From the NCBI GenBank assembly GCA_964385945.1, contig CAYLQJ010000001.1, positions 8,034 to 72,033 on the forward strand: 64,000 nucleotides of DNA, in the 5' to 3' direction. Made by a program: the position numbers and the translations under genes. Shown piece by piece: positions 38,296-47,978 of the stretch. This stretch comes from an uncultured Candidatus Saccharibacteria bacterium. Its GTDB lineage: Bacteria > Patescibacteriota > Minisyncoccia > Phycocordibacterales > UBA9973. Position 1 is the first letter of the stretch; the number at the start of each line of letters is the position of its first letter. A model generated the notes under the pieces. That model was not told the origin of the DNA. It did no database searches and was given only the letters and a program-made list of their open reading frames with translations.

Positions 38296-39901
38296 AATCA
38301 GGAAATGTAATAGTGTGTGATGTTTCGAATATCCGAAGAGCACATTCAGTTTTATTACTTTCCATATAATTTAATAAATCGATATCATTTGCGTGTTTCG
38401 TAGAAAAAATATTATTTAAAATAGCCAAGCTGTTTGCTTTGAGCATCTGAGGTTCTAGTGTCTTAGCTGTATCGTCCTCAGAGCGACATATTTTTATGTT
38501 AGTACTCAGTTTGTATGGAGCATATTTTTTATCTACCTTGTTCGCAAAATCACCATCATTATCTGTCACAACACATACATCTTTATTTAGTTTCTCTGCA
38601 ATTTGCAAAAACCTTTCAAAAGACAGACCTCTAACATTAATAACATCAACACCTGCCTCTATCGGCAAAACTCCATGTTTTTGCTTATAGGCTTTTTGAA
38701 CTACAAGCTCGTCTGATGGACCCTCAACAAGAATGGTCTTTTTTGCCAAGACTAGACGCAAAGTGTCGTAACCTGATAGCTTCATGAAATAGTTTTGAGT
38801 ATCTTTAGATAAAGAGGCTAGAGATGTGGATTTATTGCCACTCAGCAATATCAAGTTTTCCAAACCTAATTTATTAAGGACATATGCACTATGCGTCGTA
38901 ATGATGATTTGTTTGCCTGCACACTTCTCGTGGATTTTTGTAATTAAAATATTCATAGAAGAAAAAGAAAGGTGGTTTTCTGGTTCTTCAATGAGAATTA
39001 TATTTGATGCCCCAGCTTTTCGCTCAAGAGCAAGCATTATTTTAAGTGCGTTTTGTTCTCCCTTTCCTACCATTTGGAATGGTAGCTGATCTAGGTGAGG
39101 TATAAGGTTTGTCTCCCAGTTTGTTTTTTGAGACATATCTATGGATATAGATAAATCCTTTTGGGTAATGGCGGCTTTCTTACTCGTCAGCTTTCCGTTA
39201 ATTGTTCCAATGGAGGGTTCTTTGGAAAAGATTTCTTTCAACTTACGAAAAGCAACACTTAGCCCTACTCGCTCCTTTGGATCTAGGTCTGTTTTGATAA
39301 TATCCTGAAGATAATAGTCAGTACCATTTTGAAGCCTAATATTTGTTGCGTCTATGTATGACAACCGTAGGGGTAAACTTCGGAGCGTTATTGCATTATT
39401 TGCAAAAGAGTACCAATGTATTTTGTAATACTCAGAAGGTATTAGATCTAAATCACTAGCCGAAGTTTTGATTAAATTCTCGTACTCCTCTTTATAATCT
39501 TCGTCAAAAACTATTTCTATTTTAACACCAATGGAATCCTCATTTTTTGAGTTCATTTTACCCCTTAAATATTCTAGGTCGGGACTGTCACCTAAATAGA
39601 GTTCTATAATTATTTCAGGCAATGATGCAGTTTTTCCACCCTTAATAGCAGTGATGTAGTCGTCTACACACTTTTTATTAAAAAGATAAGGAGATAATTC
39701 ATTCTCGATAGCTCTACCGTTCAGCTTCTTAGTAGATGCTAAATTGATAGCTTCAAGGATTGTTGATTTACCAACCTCATTATCTCCCACAAGAATATTC
39801 AAATTATCATTCAACTCTAGGTCGAAGTTATCAAAGATTTTGTAGTTTTTAATATAAATTTTTTTAATCATAGAAACTAAGCAAGATAGAGCTACCTGCA
39901 C
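38273..39901 (-). CDS. gajA: Gabija GajA-like OLD-family ATP-dependent endonuclease (ABC ATPase + TOPRIM)
   Basis: Walker A GDNEVGKSTILEAI, ABC-like HLSFSS and Walker B IILIEEPENHL, C-terminal TOPRIM ILVEGPSDE...VCVVTDNDGD. Confidence 0.75.
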   Translation of the reverse strand: MQVALSCLVSMIKKIYIKNYKIFDNFDLELNDNLNILVGDNEVGKSTILEAINLASTKKLNGRAIENELSPYLFNKKCVDDYITAIKGGKTASLPEIIIELYLGDSPDLEYLRGKMNSKNEDSIGVKIEIVFDEDYKEEYENLIKTSASDLDLIPSEYYKIHWYSFANNAITLRSLPLRLSYIDATNIRLQNGTDYYLQDIIKTDLDPKERVGLSVAFRKLKEIFSKEPSIGTINGKLTSKKAAITQKDLSISIDMSQKTNWETNLIPHLDQLPFQMVGKGEQNALKIMLALERKAGASNIILIEEPENHLSFSSMNILITKIHEKCAGKQIIITTHSAYVLNKLGLENLILLSGNKSTSLASLSKDTQNYFMKLSGYDTLRLVLAKKTILVEGPSDELVVQKAYKQKHGVLPIEAGVDVINVRGLSFERFLQIAEKLNKDVCVVTDNDGDFANKVDKKYAPYKLSTNIKICRSEDDTAKTLEPQMLKANSLAILNNIFSTKHANDIDLLNYMESNKTECALRIFETSHTITFPDYVEDAIK

Positions 39902-40257
39902 TATTATTTTAGCATTTTTTGCTTGATTTTTCTATCTTTCATTGTCTTTTGTTTTGTTGTTTATTTACCTCTGGAGCATGGGATCCCTGCCAAGGATTCT
40001 TGCACACAATTAACTTCTACTAATCTATTCTTTTATTTACTAAAAATATTTCGATTGGTAATAATATCCATTTATATAAGGATATTTTCAATAATATGCT
40101 ACTGAACACTCGCAACTAAAGAGTGTAATTTGATTAGTCGACATCCATTTAAATTCTATCTACCTAGTATTCTGATTATGTAACACATGGTTGTCATTTT
40201 TTCTAGAAAAGTGACTTTCAAGAAGTTGCATTATTAGTAATCTTTAATAAATATTTT

Positions 40258-41538
40258 ATGAAAAAAGAAGAATTAAGATGGGCTGTAGACATTCGCAAGC
40301 TCACAATATTAAAAAATTGGAAAGAAAATCCTAGAACGATAACTAAGGTGGCTTTAGAAAAGCTAAAAGAAAGAATCGTACAGCGTGGTTTCCATAGCGT
40401 CATTGTTATTGATACAGATAACACGATACTCTCTGGAAATCAGCGAGGGTTGGCTCTAAGACAACTTGGAATTAAGGAAGTAAATGTATTAGTTCCAAGC
40501 CGTAAATTAACTACTGAAGAAAGAAGAAAAATAGCTCTTGAGAGTAATTTAAACGATGGAGAATGGAATATGGAAGCTTTGAAGTCGTTTAATATAGATT
40601 TGCTAACTGATGTCGGATTTGACCAAATGAAGCTAGTTGAGTTTTGGGACAAAGATACCGAAATAAAAGAAGAATCATTTGATCTAAAGAAAGAAATAAA
40701 GCTTGCTCAAAAAACAAACATAAAACGAGGTAATATGTACCAACTCGGTAGACATCGTTTAATTTGCGAGGACGCTTTGAACCCCAATACAGTTCTAAAA
40801 TTAATGGGTAAAGTAAAGGCAGACCTTATAAATCAGGACCCCCCATTCAACATAAATTTATCATATGACAAGGGTGTTGGTGGGAAGAAAAGTAATAAGA
40901 ACTATGGTGGTCAAACCCAAGATAATATGAGCGATGAGGGCTATGCTGACTTCATTAGAAAGATGATGAAGAATGCACTTTCTGTTTCAAAAAAAGATTG
41001 TCACTATGCCTACTGGAGCGATGAACGGTTCGTCTGGATTTTTCAGACCTTATACAAAGAACTCGGTATTGCTTCAAAGAGACTACTTATATGGGCAAAA
41101 AACAACGCTTCACCAACGCCACAGGTGGCTTTCAATAAAGCTACCGAGTATGTGGTCTATGGAACAATTGGATCTCCTTATCTTTCACCTAATGTTCAAA
41201 ATGCTAATGAAATTATAAATCACGATACAACTACTGGAAACAACTTACTTGAAGAACTAAGTAATATAATTCTCCAAAAAAGACTACCAAGTAACCAGTA
41301 CTCACACCCCACGCAGAAGGATCCGCATGTTCACTATAAGATACTTAAGCGTTGTACAAAGATTGGTGACGCTGTGCTTGATTTAACGGCTGGGTCTGGG
41401 AGCATAATGTCTGCTTGTGAACAATTAGGTCGAACTGCCTATATGTGTGATTACGAACCTGTATTTTGTCAGGTAATTTTGAATAGGTATAAAAAAATGA
41501 CTGGGCTTAATCCAATACAAATCTATGAAGAAAAATAA
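40258..41538 (+). CDS. ParB-like nuclease domain / DNA methyltransferase fusion (N6-A or N4-C, beta class)
   Basis: N-terminal ParB domain ILSGNQRGLALRQLG; motif IV DPPF (INQDPPFNIN) precedes motif I DLTAGSGS. This is the arrangement usual upstream of phage terminase genes. Confidence 0.8.
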   Translation: MKKEELRWAVDIRKLTILKNWKENPRTITKVALEKLKERIVQRGFHSVIVIDTDNTILSGNQRGLALRQLGIKEVNVLVPSRKLTTEERRKIALESNLNDGEWNMEALKSFNIDLLTDVGFDQMKLVEFWDKDTEIKEESFDLKKEIKLAQKTNIKRGNMYQLGRHRLICEDALNPNTVLKLMGKVKADLINQDPPFNINLSYDKGVGGKKSNKNYGGQTQDNMSDEGYADFIRKMMKNALSVSKKDCHYAYWSDERFVWIFQTLYKELGIASKRLLIWAKNNASPTPQVAFNKATEYVVYGTIGSPYLSPNVQNANEIINHDTTTGNNLLEELSNIILQKRLPSNQYSHPTQKDPHVHYKILKRCTKIGDAVLDLTAGSGSIMSACEQLGRTAYMCDYEPVFCQVILNRYKKMTGLNPIQIYEEK

Positions 41539-41920
41539 ACTGCAAGATAAGTTTTTTGAAGAACTAAGAAATGTTCCTATTGTTCAAGTAGGATGTGAGA
41601 AAACAGGAATTTCTAGAAATAGTGTATATCGTTGGAAAAAAGAAGATAAAACTTTCGCAAAGAAAATGGATCAAGCTCTTGCTGATGGAGTTACCTTTGT
41701 TAGCGATATGAGTGAGAGTCAACTATTGACTTTGATTAAAGAGAAGGATTATAGAGCTATTAGCTTTTGGCTAAAACATAGAAATGATAACTACAAAAAT
41801 AAGGTTGAATTATCTGGAACAATACATACAAAGGAAGAACCTTTAACAAAAGACCAAAAGAAAGTAATTCGAGAAGCTTTAAGGTTATCATCACTAAAAA
41901 GCTATGCCAAAAAGAAATAA
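41525..41920 (+). CDS. terminase small subunit-like HTH protein
   Basis: HTH VQVGCEKTGISRNSVYRWKKEDKTFAKKM; overlaps the methyltransferase end and TerL start. Confidence 0.5.
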   Translation: MKKNKLQDKFFEELRNVPIVQVGCEKTGISRNSVYRWKKEDKTFAKKMDQALADGVTFVSDMSESQLLTLIKEKDYRAISFWLKHRNDNYKNKVELSGTIHTKEEPLTKDQKKVIREALRLSSLKSYAKKK

Positions 41921-43355
41921 TGAAAATGAAATACTATTTGAGCGTGTTTTAAAGGATCAGAGATTACGCCAGGAGCTTGTTAAAAAGAGTCTTGAATTCT
42001 TCTTCCCAATATACATGCATGAATATATAGGATATGAAACCGCACCATTTCATAAAGAGTTATTTCGTATTCTCCAAAATGAAAAACACAAACTTGCCGT
42101 TATTACTGCATTTCGAGGATCTGCTAAATCAACAATAGTAACAACGGCATATGTTCTGTGGTCTATTCTTGGTATACAGCAGAAGAAGTTTATTATTATC
42201 TGTTCACAAACAGAAGTAAAAGCTAGACAGCACTTAATGAACATAAAAAATCAACTTCTTCATAATGAGCTTTTAAAAAAAGACTTAGGACCATTTGAAG
42301 AAGAGAAAAATAACTTAGGTAATGCTACAGCAATCATTATTAAGCGAATGAATGTCAAAATAATGATTTGCTCAATTGAACAAAGTATTCGTGGAATGCG
42401 TCATGATCAACACCGTCCTGATCTTATCATCCTGGATGACATTGAGGATTTAGATTCTGTTAAAACCAAAGAAGGTCGTAATAAGAGTTTTGATTGGCTT
42501 ACAGGTGATATTATTCCTGCAGGTACTAGAAAAACTCGTATTATTGCTATTGGAAACTTGCTTCATGAAGACTGCGTATTAAAACGCTTAGAGAGAAAAA
42601 TAGAAAATGGTGAGATGAACAGAATGAATGGTATTTATCGTGAGTACCCAATTGTTGATACTAAGGGCAACCCACTTTGGATTGGTAAATATCCAACTCA
42701 TGAATCTATTGAAGAAGAACGAGAGAAAACTATGAATGATATCGCTTGGCACAGAGAGTATTTGCTTAAAATAATTTCAAGTGATGAGCAGATTGTAAAG
42801 AAAGAGTGGATTAAATTTTACAATACACTTCCTGCTGATGGATTTAGGGGTATCTGTATCGGAGTAGATTTGGCTATTGGAGAAAAAGAAACGAATGACT
42901 GTACCTCTATGGTTACTGGGTATGTTTATGGTGTCGGAAAGAAGATGAGAATATATATCCGTCCAAAACCATTCAATTCAAGAGTCTCATTTCCTGAACA
43001 AGCTGAATATTTGGCTAGTCTTATAGCGAGAGAAAAGGTCACGCACAACAGAGTAAAAGTATATGTCGAAGATGTTGGATACCAAAGGGCGTTAGTGCAG
43101 TATTTTGACAGCAACAAGTACGACATAGAAGCCGTACCAGTTGGAAGAATGAGCAAATCTTTAAGATTGCAACTAACAACACCACTTCTAAAAGAAAGTA
43201 GAGTTCTATTTCAAGAAGAAGGATGTGAAGAGCTTGTCGAGCAATTGCTTGGATTCGGGAAAGAGAAACACGATGATCTAGTAGATGCATTTTCCTTGCT
43301 CGTGATGAAAGTTATTGAGAATAACCCTAATGGATCAGGGATTCTTGTGGGGTAA
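41904..43355 (+). CDS. phage terminase large subunit
   Basis: Deviant Walker A VITAFRGSAKST, Walker B LIILDDIED, RNaseH-like nuclease acidic residues (GVDLAIGEKETNDCTS, HDDLVDAFSLLV). Confidence 0.75.
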   Translation: MPKRNNENEILFERVLKDQRLRQELVKKSLEFFFPIYMHEYIGYETAPFHKELFRILQNEKHKLAVITAFRGSAKSTIVTTAYVLWSILGIQQKKFIIICSQTEVKARQHLMNIKNQLLHNELLKKDLGPFEEEKNNLGNATAIIIKRMNVKIMICSIEQSIRGMRHDQHRPDLIILDDIEDLDSVKTKEGRNKSFDWLTGDIIPAGTRKTRIIAIGNLLHEDCVLKRLERKIENGEMNRMNGIYREYPIVDTKGNPLWIGKYPTHESIEEEREKTMNDIAWHREYLLKIISSDEQIVKKEWIKFYNTLPADGFRGICIGVDLAIGEKETNDCTSMVTGYVYGVGKKMRIYIRPKPFNSRVSFPEQAEYLASLIAREKVTHNRVKVYVEDVGYQRALVQYFDSNKYDIEAVPVGRMSKSLRLQLTTPLLKESRVLFQEEGCEELVEQLLGFGKEKHDDLVDAFSLLVMKVIENNPNGSGILVG

Positions 43356-43814
43356 ATTATTAATTAAATCTCTTAATTCATCTAGTTTCTTTTTTATCTC
43401 ATACGGATGAGCTACATGTTGTAAGATTATTTCTTTACCACCTGATCCCGCTGTGTTTATATACAACTGTCCACTTTTAGTAAAACTTTTATCCAAGAAA
43501 GATTCTTTCACTGTAACATCTGTTATTTTACTGTAATCTACACTCACTAAATCTGTCGAGAAAAAGCCTCTATGTATTAGGACTCTTTTATTTGTAAATC
43601 CATAAATATTTGCCTTTGGTAAGTAAACTTTTAGATACAGGTAAGCAATTGCAAATACAAAGGGGGCTAGAAAAACGGTGCACAAACTAATAATTCCCCA
43701 AATAATAAGATATGTCTTTATGTACTGACTTCCTATTGAAAACTCATATTTAAGTTCTTCGTTTGAACTAAGAACTTTGCTCCAAACTTGCTCGTTGCGA
43801 TTTTGGTTATTCAT
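43335..43814 (-). CDS. bacterial PH-domain (bPH_2/YdbT-like) membrane protein
   Basis: One TM hairpin followed by FTNKRVLIHRGFFSTDLVSVDYSKITDVTV, a PF03703-like pattern. Confidence 0.55.
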   Translation of the reverse strand: MNNQNRNEQVWSKVLSSNEELKYEFSIGSQYIKTYLIIWGIISLCTVFLAPFVFAIAYLYLKVYLPKANIYGFTNKRVLIHRGFFSTDLVSVDYSKITDVTVKESFLDKSFTKSGQLYINTAGSGGKEIILQHVAHPYEIKKKLDELRDLINNLPHKNP

Positions 43815-44161
43815 AATTTTTTTCTTGCGTATTATTTATAATTCTAGGGTAAGACGCAAAAAGCCTACCACTAGGTAGAGTCTTGCGACTCATATATCCG
43901 TTTCCAGATATAACGCAACGAGCGACCCTAGTGATAGGTTCTTTATGCTCGTTGCGATTTGCAACCATATCCTTAAGAAATCTTAAGGGGTTAGGTCGAC
44001 TGTATTTAGTTGTAAATGAATAATAACATTTTCGACCCTATTATTCAATCAACATTGTATCGCTGATACATAGTTTTGCTAAGGGTAATATCGCGAGTAT
44101 GCGACATATTTTTAGTTCTGCATAGCTATACACCACCCACCAGTCTGTCATTAATATATGT
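43815..44161. promoter_or_regulatory. 345-bp non-coding region upstream of tandem recombinases, rich in palindromes (candidate att/regulatory region)
   Basis: Inverted repeats GCAACGAGC (43915-43923) and GCTCGTTGC (43947-43955); palindrome CCTTAAGAAATCTTAAGG (43971-43988); nested hairpin AGACGCAA..CCTACC-ACT-AGGTAG..TTGCGACT at ~43850-43895. Confidence 0.35.
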
Positions 44162-45754
44162 ATGGAAAAAGCAGTATTGTATGCAAGAGTAAGTTCAGAT
44201 ATACAACAAAAAGAGCGGTCAATTGATAGTCAAATCGCGGAACTTAAGAAACAAATTACCAGTACTGGTAACAAGCTTGTAATGGAGTATATTGATGACG
44301 GTTATAGTGGTGCCTTACTCGACCGACCTGCTATGAATCAACTTCGTGAGGATCTAAAAACGGATAAATTTCAAGTTATTTACATACTGAATACTGACCG
44401 TATCGCACGCGACGTTACTTATCAAAATATAATCGTTGGGGAAATTTTAAGATACAAGAAACAACTCATCATTAATGGAAAAGATTATATTCATAATCCA
44501 GAGAACAAATTTACACTTACAGTGTTAGGAGCCGTATCTGAACTTGAAAGAGCCAAACTAATTGAGCGTACGACTCGTGGTAGACAACATAGACTCAAGC
44601 AAGGCCATCTAATGAGTAACGGATGGCAAACATATGCATATCGATATATTAAAAAATCAGCTACTGCTTTTCCTTCTTACGAGATCATTAGAGAAGAAGC
44701 TGATGTGGTCAAGTATATCTTCGAGACGTATGCAAATGGAAAAATTGGTATACAGTCAATAGCTATTCAACTTGAAGCAATGGGAGTCCCTAAAATCAAA
44801 GGGAGAAATTGTCTTAATCAATCTCAACTGAAAGCCATCCTAAAGAACGAGATGTATACAGGAATCAGATATTTCAACACAATGAAAACTGTGAAGATTG
44901 GCGACCCAATGAAGAAGCAGGTCAAAAGAAAAGAATATACAAATAGAGCCGAGTGGATAGGAATTAAAGTGCCAACAATTATCTCGAAGGAATTATATGA
45001 CAAAGTGCAGATAAAACTTGCATATAATTATTCCAACTGGAGGAACTCAAAACGAGTCCAACTTCTCTCAAATCTGGTCTGTTGTGGGAAATGTGATTCA
45101 AAATGTTTTTCATATAAACGACCTAGAGAAAAATTTGCATACAAGTGCAACAATAGAAAAATTGGGGTTCATAACCCAGAAATTAATGTCAAACAGCTTG
45201 AATCTACTGTATGGGAAATGATTGAGGAGATTATACTTGATCCCAAAAAACTCTATTCTTCGATAGAAATATTAAAGAGAAGAAGTCGAACAAATCATGG
45301 ACGAATCGAAATTAAAATAAAGGATATTGAAAAACAGATATCTGATTTATCAAACCAGAAAAAAAGAATCATAGACTTGTATGCATCTGGAAGTCTCGAA
45401 AAGGATGAATCGGCAACCAGAATAAATAATTACGACAAGAGTATTAAAAAAATAAAATCCGAGAAAATCGAGCTATTAAAATACCTTCCCCTCTTTGAAA
45501 AGTCTGACCTCATTCAAGAAAACGTCAGAACTTACTGCGAAAAGGTGCGTGCAAGATTTAATAAGTGTGCTGATTTTGAAACACAAAGACAGTTTCTTAT
45601 GGATTACATAAGCAAAGTGACTTTCTACAGAAAAGGTAAAAAATATAGCAGGATAAGAATATATGGATCAGTACCGATCAGCTACATAAATAATGAAGAT
45701 GTCATTCCTGTCGGGTTTAAATTTGAGAAAGTCTTAACCGAATCAAAACTATGA
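44162..45754 (+). CDS. large serine recombinase (resolvase catalytic domain + recombinase domain + zinc ribbon)
   Basis: AVLYARVSSDIQQKERSIDSQ catalytic Ser, DRIARD, recombinase domain, CCGKCDSKC...YKCNNRK ribbon, coiled-coil tail. Confidence 0.9.
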   Translation: MEKAVLYARVSSDIQQKERSIDSQIAELKKQITSTGNKLVMEYIDDGYSGALLDRPAMNQLREDLKTDKFQVIYILNTDRIARDVTYQNIIVGEILRYKKQLIINGKDYIHNPENKFTLTVLGAVSELERAKLIERTTRGRQHRLKQGHLMSNGWQTYAYRYIKKSATAFPSYEIIREEADVVKYIFETYANGKIGIQSIAIQLEAMGVPKIKGRNCLNQSQLKAILKNEMYTGIRYFNTMKTVKIGDPMKKQVKRKEYTNRAEWIGIKVPTIISKELYDKVQIKLAYNYSNWRNSKRVQLLSNLVCCGKCDSKCFSYKRPREKFAYKCNNRKIGVHNPEINVKQLESTVWEMIEEIILDPKKLYSSIEILKRRSRTNHGRIEIKIKDIEKQISDLSNQKKRIIDLYASGSLEKDESATRINNYDKSIKKIKSEKIELLKYLPLFEKSDLIQENVRTYCEKVRARFNKCADFETQRQFLMDYISKVTFYRKGKKYSRIRIYGSVPISYINNEDVIPVGFKFEKVLTESKL

Positions 45755-47424
45755 AAAAAGCAGTTCTCTATGCTCGCGTAAGTACAGATATTCAACAAAA
45801 AGAAGGTACTATTGAAAGCCAGGTAGTTGCACTTAAACAGCAAATCGTAGATAACGGAGATGTATTAGTGAAAGAGTACATAGATGCAGGACATAGTGGT
45901 GCTAAGATAGACAGACCAGCACTTGATCAATTGCGAAAAGACCTGAAGACAGATCTCTTCGACTCTATCTATTTCTTAAACACTGACCGTATAGCTCGTG
46001 ATGTTACATATCAAAACATCATCATTACAGAGGTACTTAAATACAAGAAGCAGATAATTATTAATGGAAAAGACTATATTCATAACTCAGAAAATAAATT
46101 TGAGCTGACCGTTCTGGGAGCTGTCGCAGAACTTGAAAGAGCAAAGATGATTGAACGCAGTATGCGTGGAAAGCAACACAAACTACGGAATGGATTTCTG
46201 CTCAGTCACGGATACAACATATATGGATATAACTATATTCCGCGATTCGGTGACTCACCTGCTCGACTGGATATTAACGAAAAAGAAGCATGGGTAATTC
46301 GATATGTCTTTGAGACGTATGCATCAGGAGAAATGAGTTGGGCTGGAATCATACGAGATCTTGAAAAAATGGGAGCAACAACAAAGAAAGGCAATAAACA
46401 CTGGCCTCAACATCAAGTTCGGCAAATTCTAAAAAATTCAACATATTCAGGAGTCCGATATTTCAATAAATGCAGACACGTAAAGACAGAATCGAGTCCA
46501 TTGCGTAAAATAAAATATGGCAAGAAAGTATATCGTGATAAATCTGAATGGATCGCAGTGAAAGTTCCTGCAATTGTGTCTAAAGTCCTCTTTGACAAAG
46601 TGCAGAAGAAAATGGAAGAAAGCAGTAGTAAGTACAAAAGTCCTAAACAAGTGCAACTACTTTCTAACCTTGTTCGTTGTGGAGAATGCGGACGTTTTTG
46701 TATTGCCTACCGCCGTTATATGCGACACTACTACAAATATAAAGGCGTGACGAAGAAAGTGACAGGCAACGTATATTACAAAGCGGCTTATAAATGCAAT
46801 CGACGTTGGATGGATCGGGTTCATTTAAAAACTTTGGATATTAAGCGTTGCACTAATCCTGAGGTATCGGTTCGAGTACTTGATCCAGTAATCTGGAATA
46901 TGGTTGAAGAGAAAATATTGAATCCGAAAGAACTAAAGAAACATCTAGTTGATTGGGAATCAGACGTTAAATCAGTTCAAACTAAAATGGAGAAAAAGCT
47001 AAGAAAATTAGATCAAGAGGAACAATATCTAAAAAGTAATAGAGAAGAAACACTAGAACAATACGCGATAGGAAAATTAGATCATAAGATATATCTAGAG
47101 AAATGTCTTACTTACGACATTGAAACAAATCGCTTAAAACTAGACAGAGATCAAGTTACCAAAAAGATTCCAATCTTACACAAGAAAGAAGTTATAGAAG
47201 CAAATATAAGATTCTTTTGTGGTTCTGCCCAGATTCGATTTGATAAATGTAAGACTTTTGATAACAAGCGAAGATTTGTTTTAGATTTGGTTGAAGAAAT
47301 TCTTTATAACCATGGAAAAGTTATTTTGAAAGGCTCAGTACCATTACAACTAAAAACAACCGAAAATTCTGATTCTCAAGAACAAGAAAAAATCAGTTTT
47401 TCTATAGAGAAAAATATCAAATAG
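45751..47424 (+). CDS. large serine recombinase, paralogue of upstream gene (tandem pair, 4-nt overlap ATGA)
   Basis: AVLYARVSTDIQQKEGTIESQ, DRIARD, CGECGRFC...YKCNRR ribbon; ~50% similar to the upstream gene. Confidence 0.9.
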   Translation: MKKAVLYARVSTDIQQKEGTIESQVVALKQQIVDNGDVLVKEYIDAGHSGAKIDRPALDQLRKDLKTDLFDSIYFLNTDRIARDVTYQNIIITEVLKYKKQIIINGKDYIHNSENKFELTVLGAVAELERAKMIERSMRGKQHKLRNGFLLSHGYNIYGYNYIPRFGDSPARLDINEKEAWVIRYVFETYASGEMSWAGIIRDLEKMGATTKKGNKHWPQHQVRQILKNSTYSGVRYFNKCRHVKTESSPLRKIKYGKKVYRDKSEWIAVKVPAIVSKVLFDKVQKKMEESSSKYKSPKQVQLLSNLVRCGECGRFCIAYRRYMRHYYKYKGVTKKVTGNVYYKAAYKCNRRWMDRVHLKTLDIKRCTNPEVSVRVLDPVIWNMVEEKILNPKELKKHLVDWESDVKSVQTKMEKKLRKLDQEEQYLKSNREETLEQYAIGKLDHKIYLEKCLTYDIETNRLKLDRDQVTKKIPILHKKEVIEANIRFFCGSAQIRFDKCKTFDNKRRFVLDLVEEILYNHGKVILKGSVPLQLKTTENSDSQEQEKISFSIEKNIK

Positions 47425-47447
47425 TAATTATTACTAAGCTAGAAAAA

Positions 47448-47978
47448 TTAAAACTGGATTCCAGAAATTAAATAGTTTAGTAAATCTCTTGTATCTGAAT
47501 CGTTGATTTGTACTTCTTTGTTTTTGTACCAAGAACAAAGTTCTTTATTGGAATTAATGAAAAAATCTTTAATTTCTATTGTTTTAACTTTAGCACTTGA
47601 GTCTTCCGATATTTGTAATAAATATTCTGTGTTTACTTTTTTAACGTAAAAGATATTATTATTCTTGAAATAGTAACTAACTTCTGATTTTCCTGTTTCA
47701 CCAAAAAAGATTTGTTTGATAAAAACAATTTTTCCATCTAGTGTGTAATTTGTTTGTTCCCCTCCCTCAGTAGACTGTCCAAATATATCTTTCGTAGTAA
47801 ATGCATAATTTTTTGTATTTTTTTCAATATTCTCAGCTATGCTATAACTATCTGTTACAGGACTATTGTCACACGAAGTAGATAAATTTTTTGGTGTTAA
47901 ATTATAATGTCTGTACATTGGATAGCCAGAAATAATAACGATTAGCAATATAGTTAATGATATTGTAAGTTTTTTCAT
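47448..47978 (-). CDS. putative secreted/lipoprotein immunity-like protein downstream of RHS toxin
   Basis: 176 aa with signal peptide; second gene after the RHS C-terminal domain. Confidence 0.4.
   Translation of the reverse strand: MKKLTISLTILLIVIISGYPMYRHYNLTPKNLSTSCDNSPVTDSYSIAENIEKNTKNYAFTTKDIFGQSTEGGEQTNYTLDGKIVFIKQIFFGETGKSEVSYYFKNNNIFYVKKVNTEYLLQISEDSSAKVKTIEIKDFFINSNKELCSWYKNKEVQINDSDTRDLLNYLISGIQF

Noticed and set aside
41904-43355. Calling the island a complete prophage
   Set aside because: No capsid, portal, tail or lysis genes are present in or adjacent to the block within the window.
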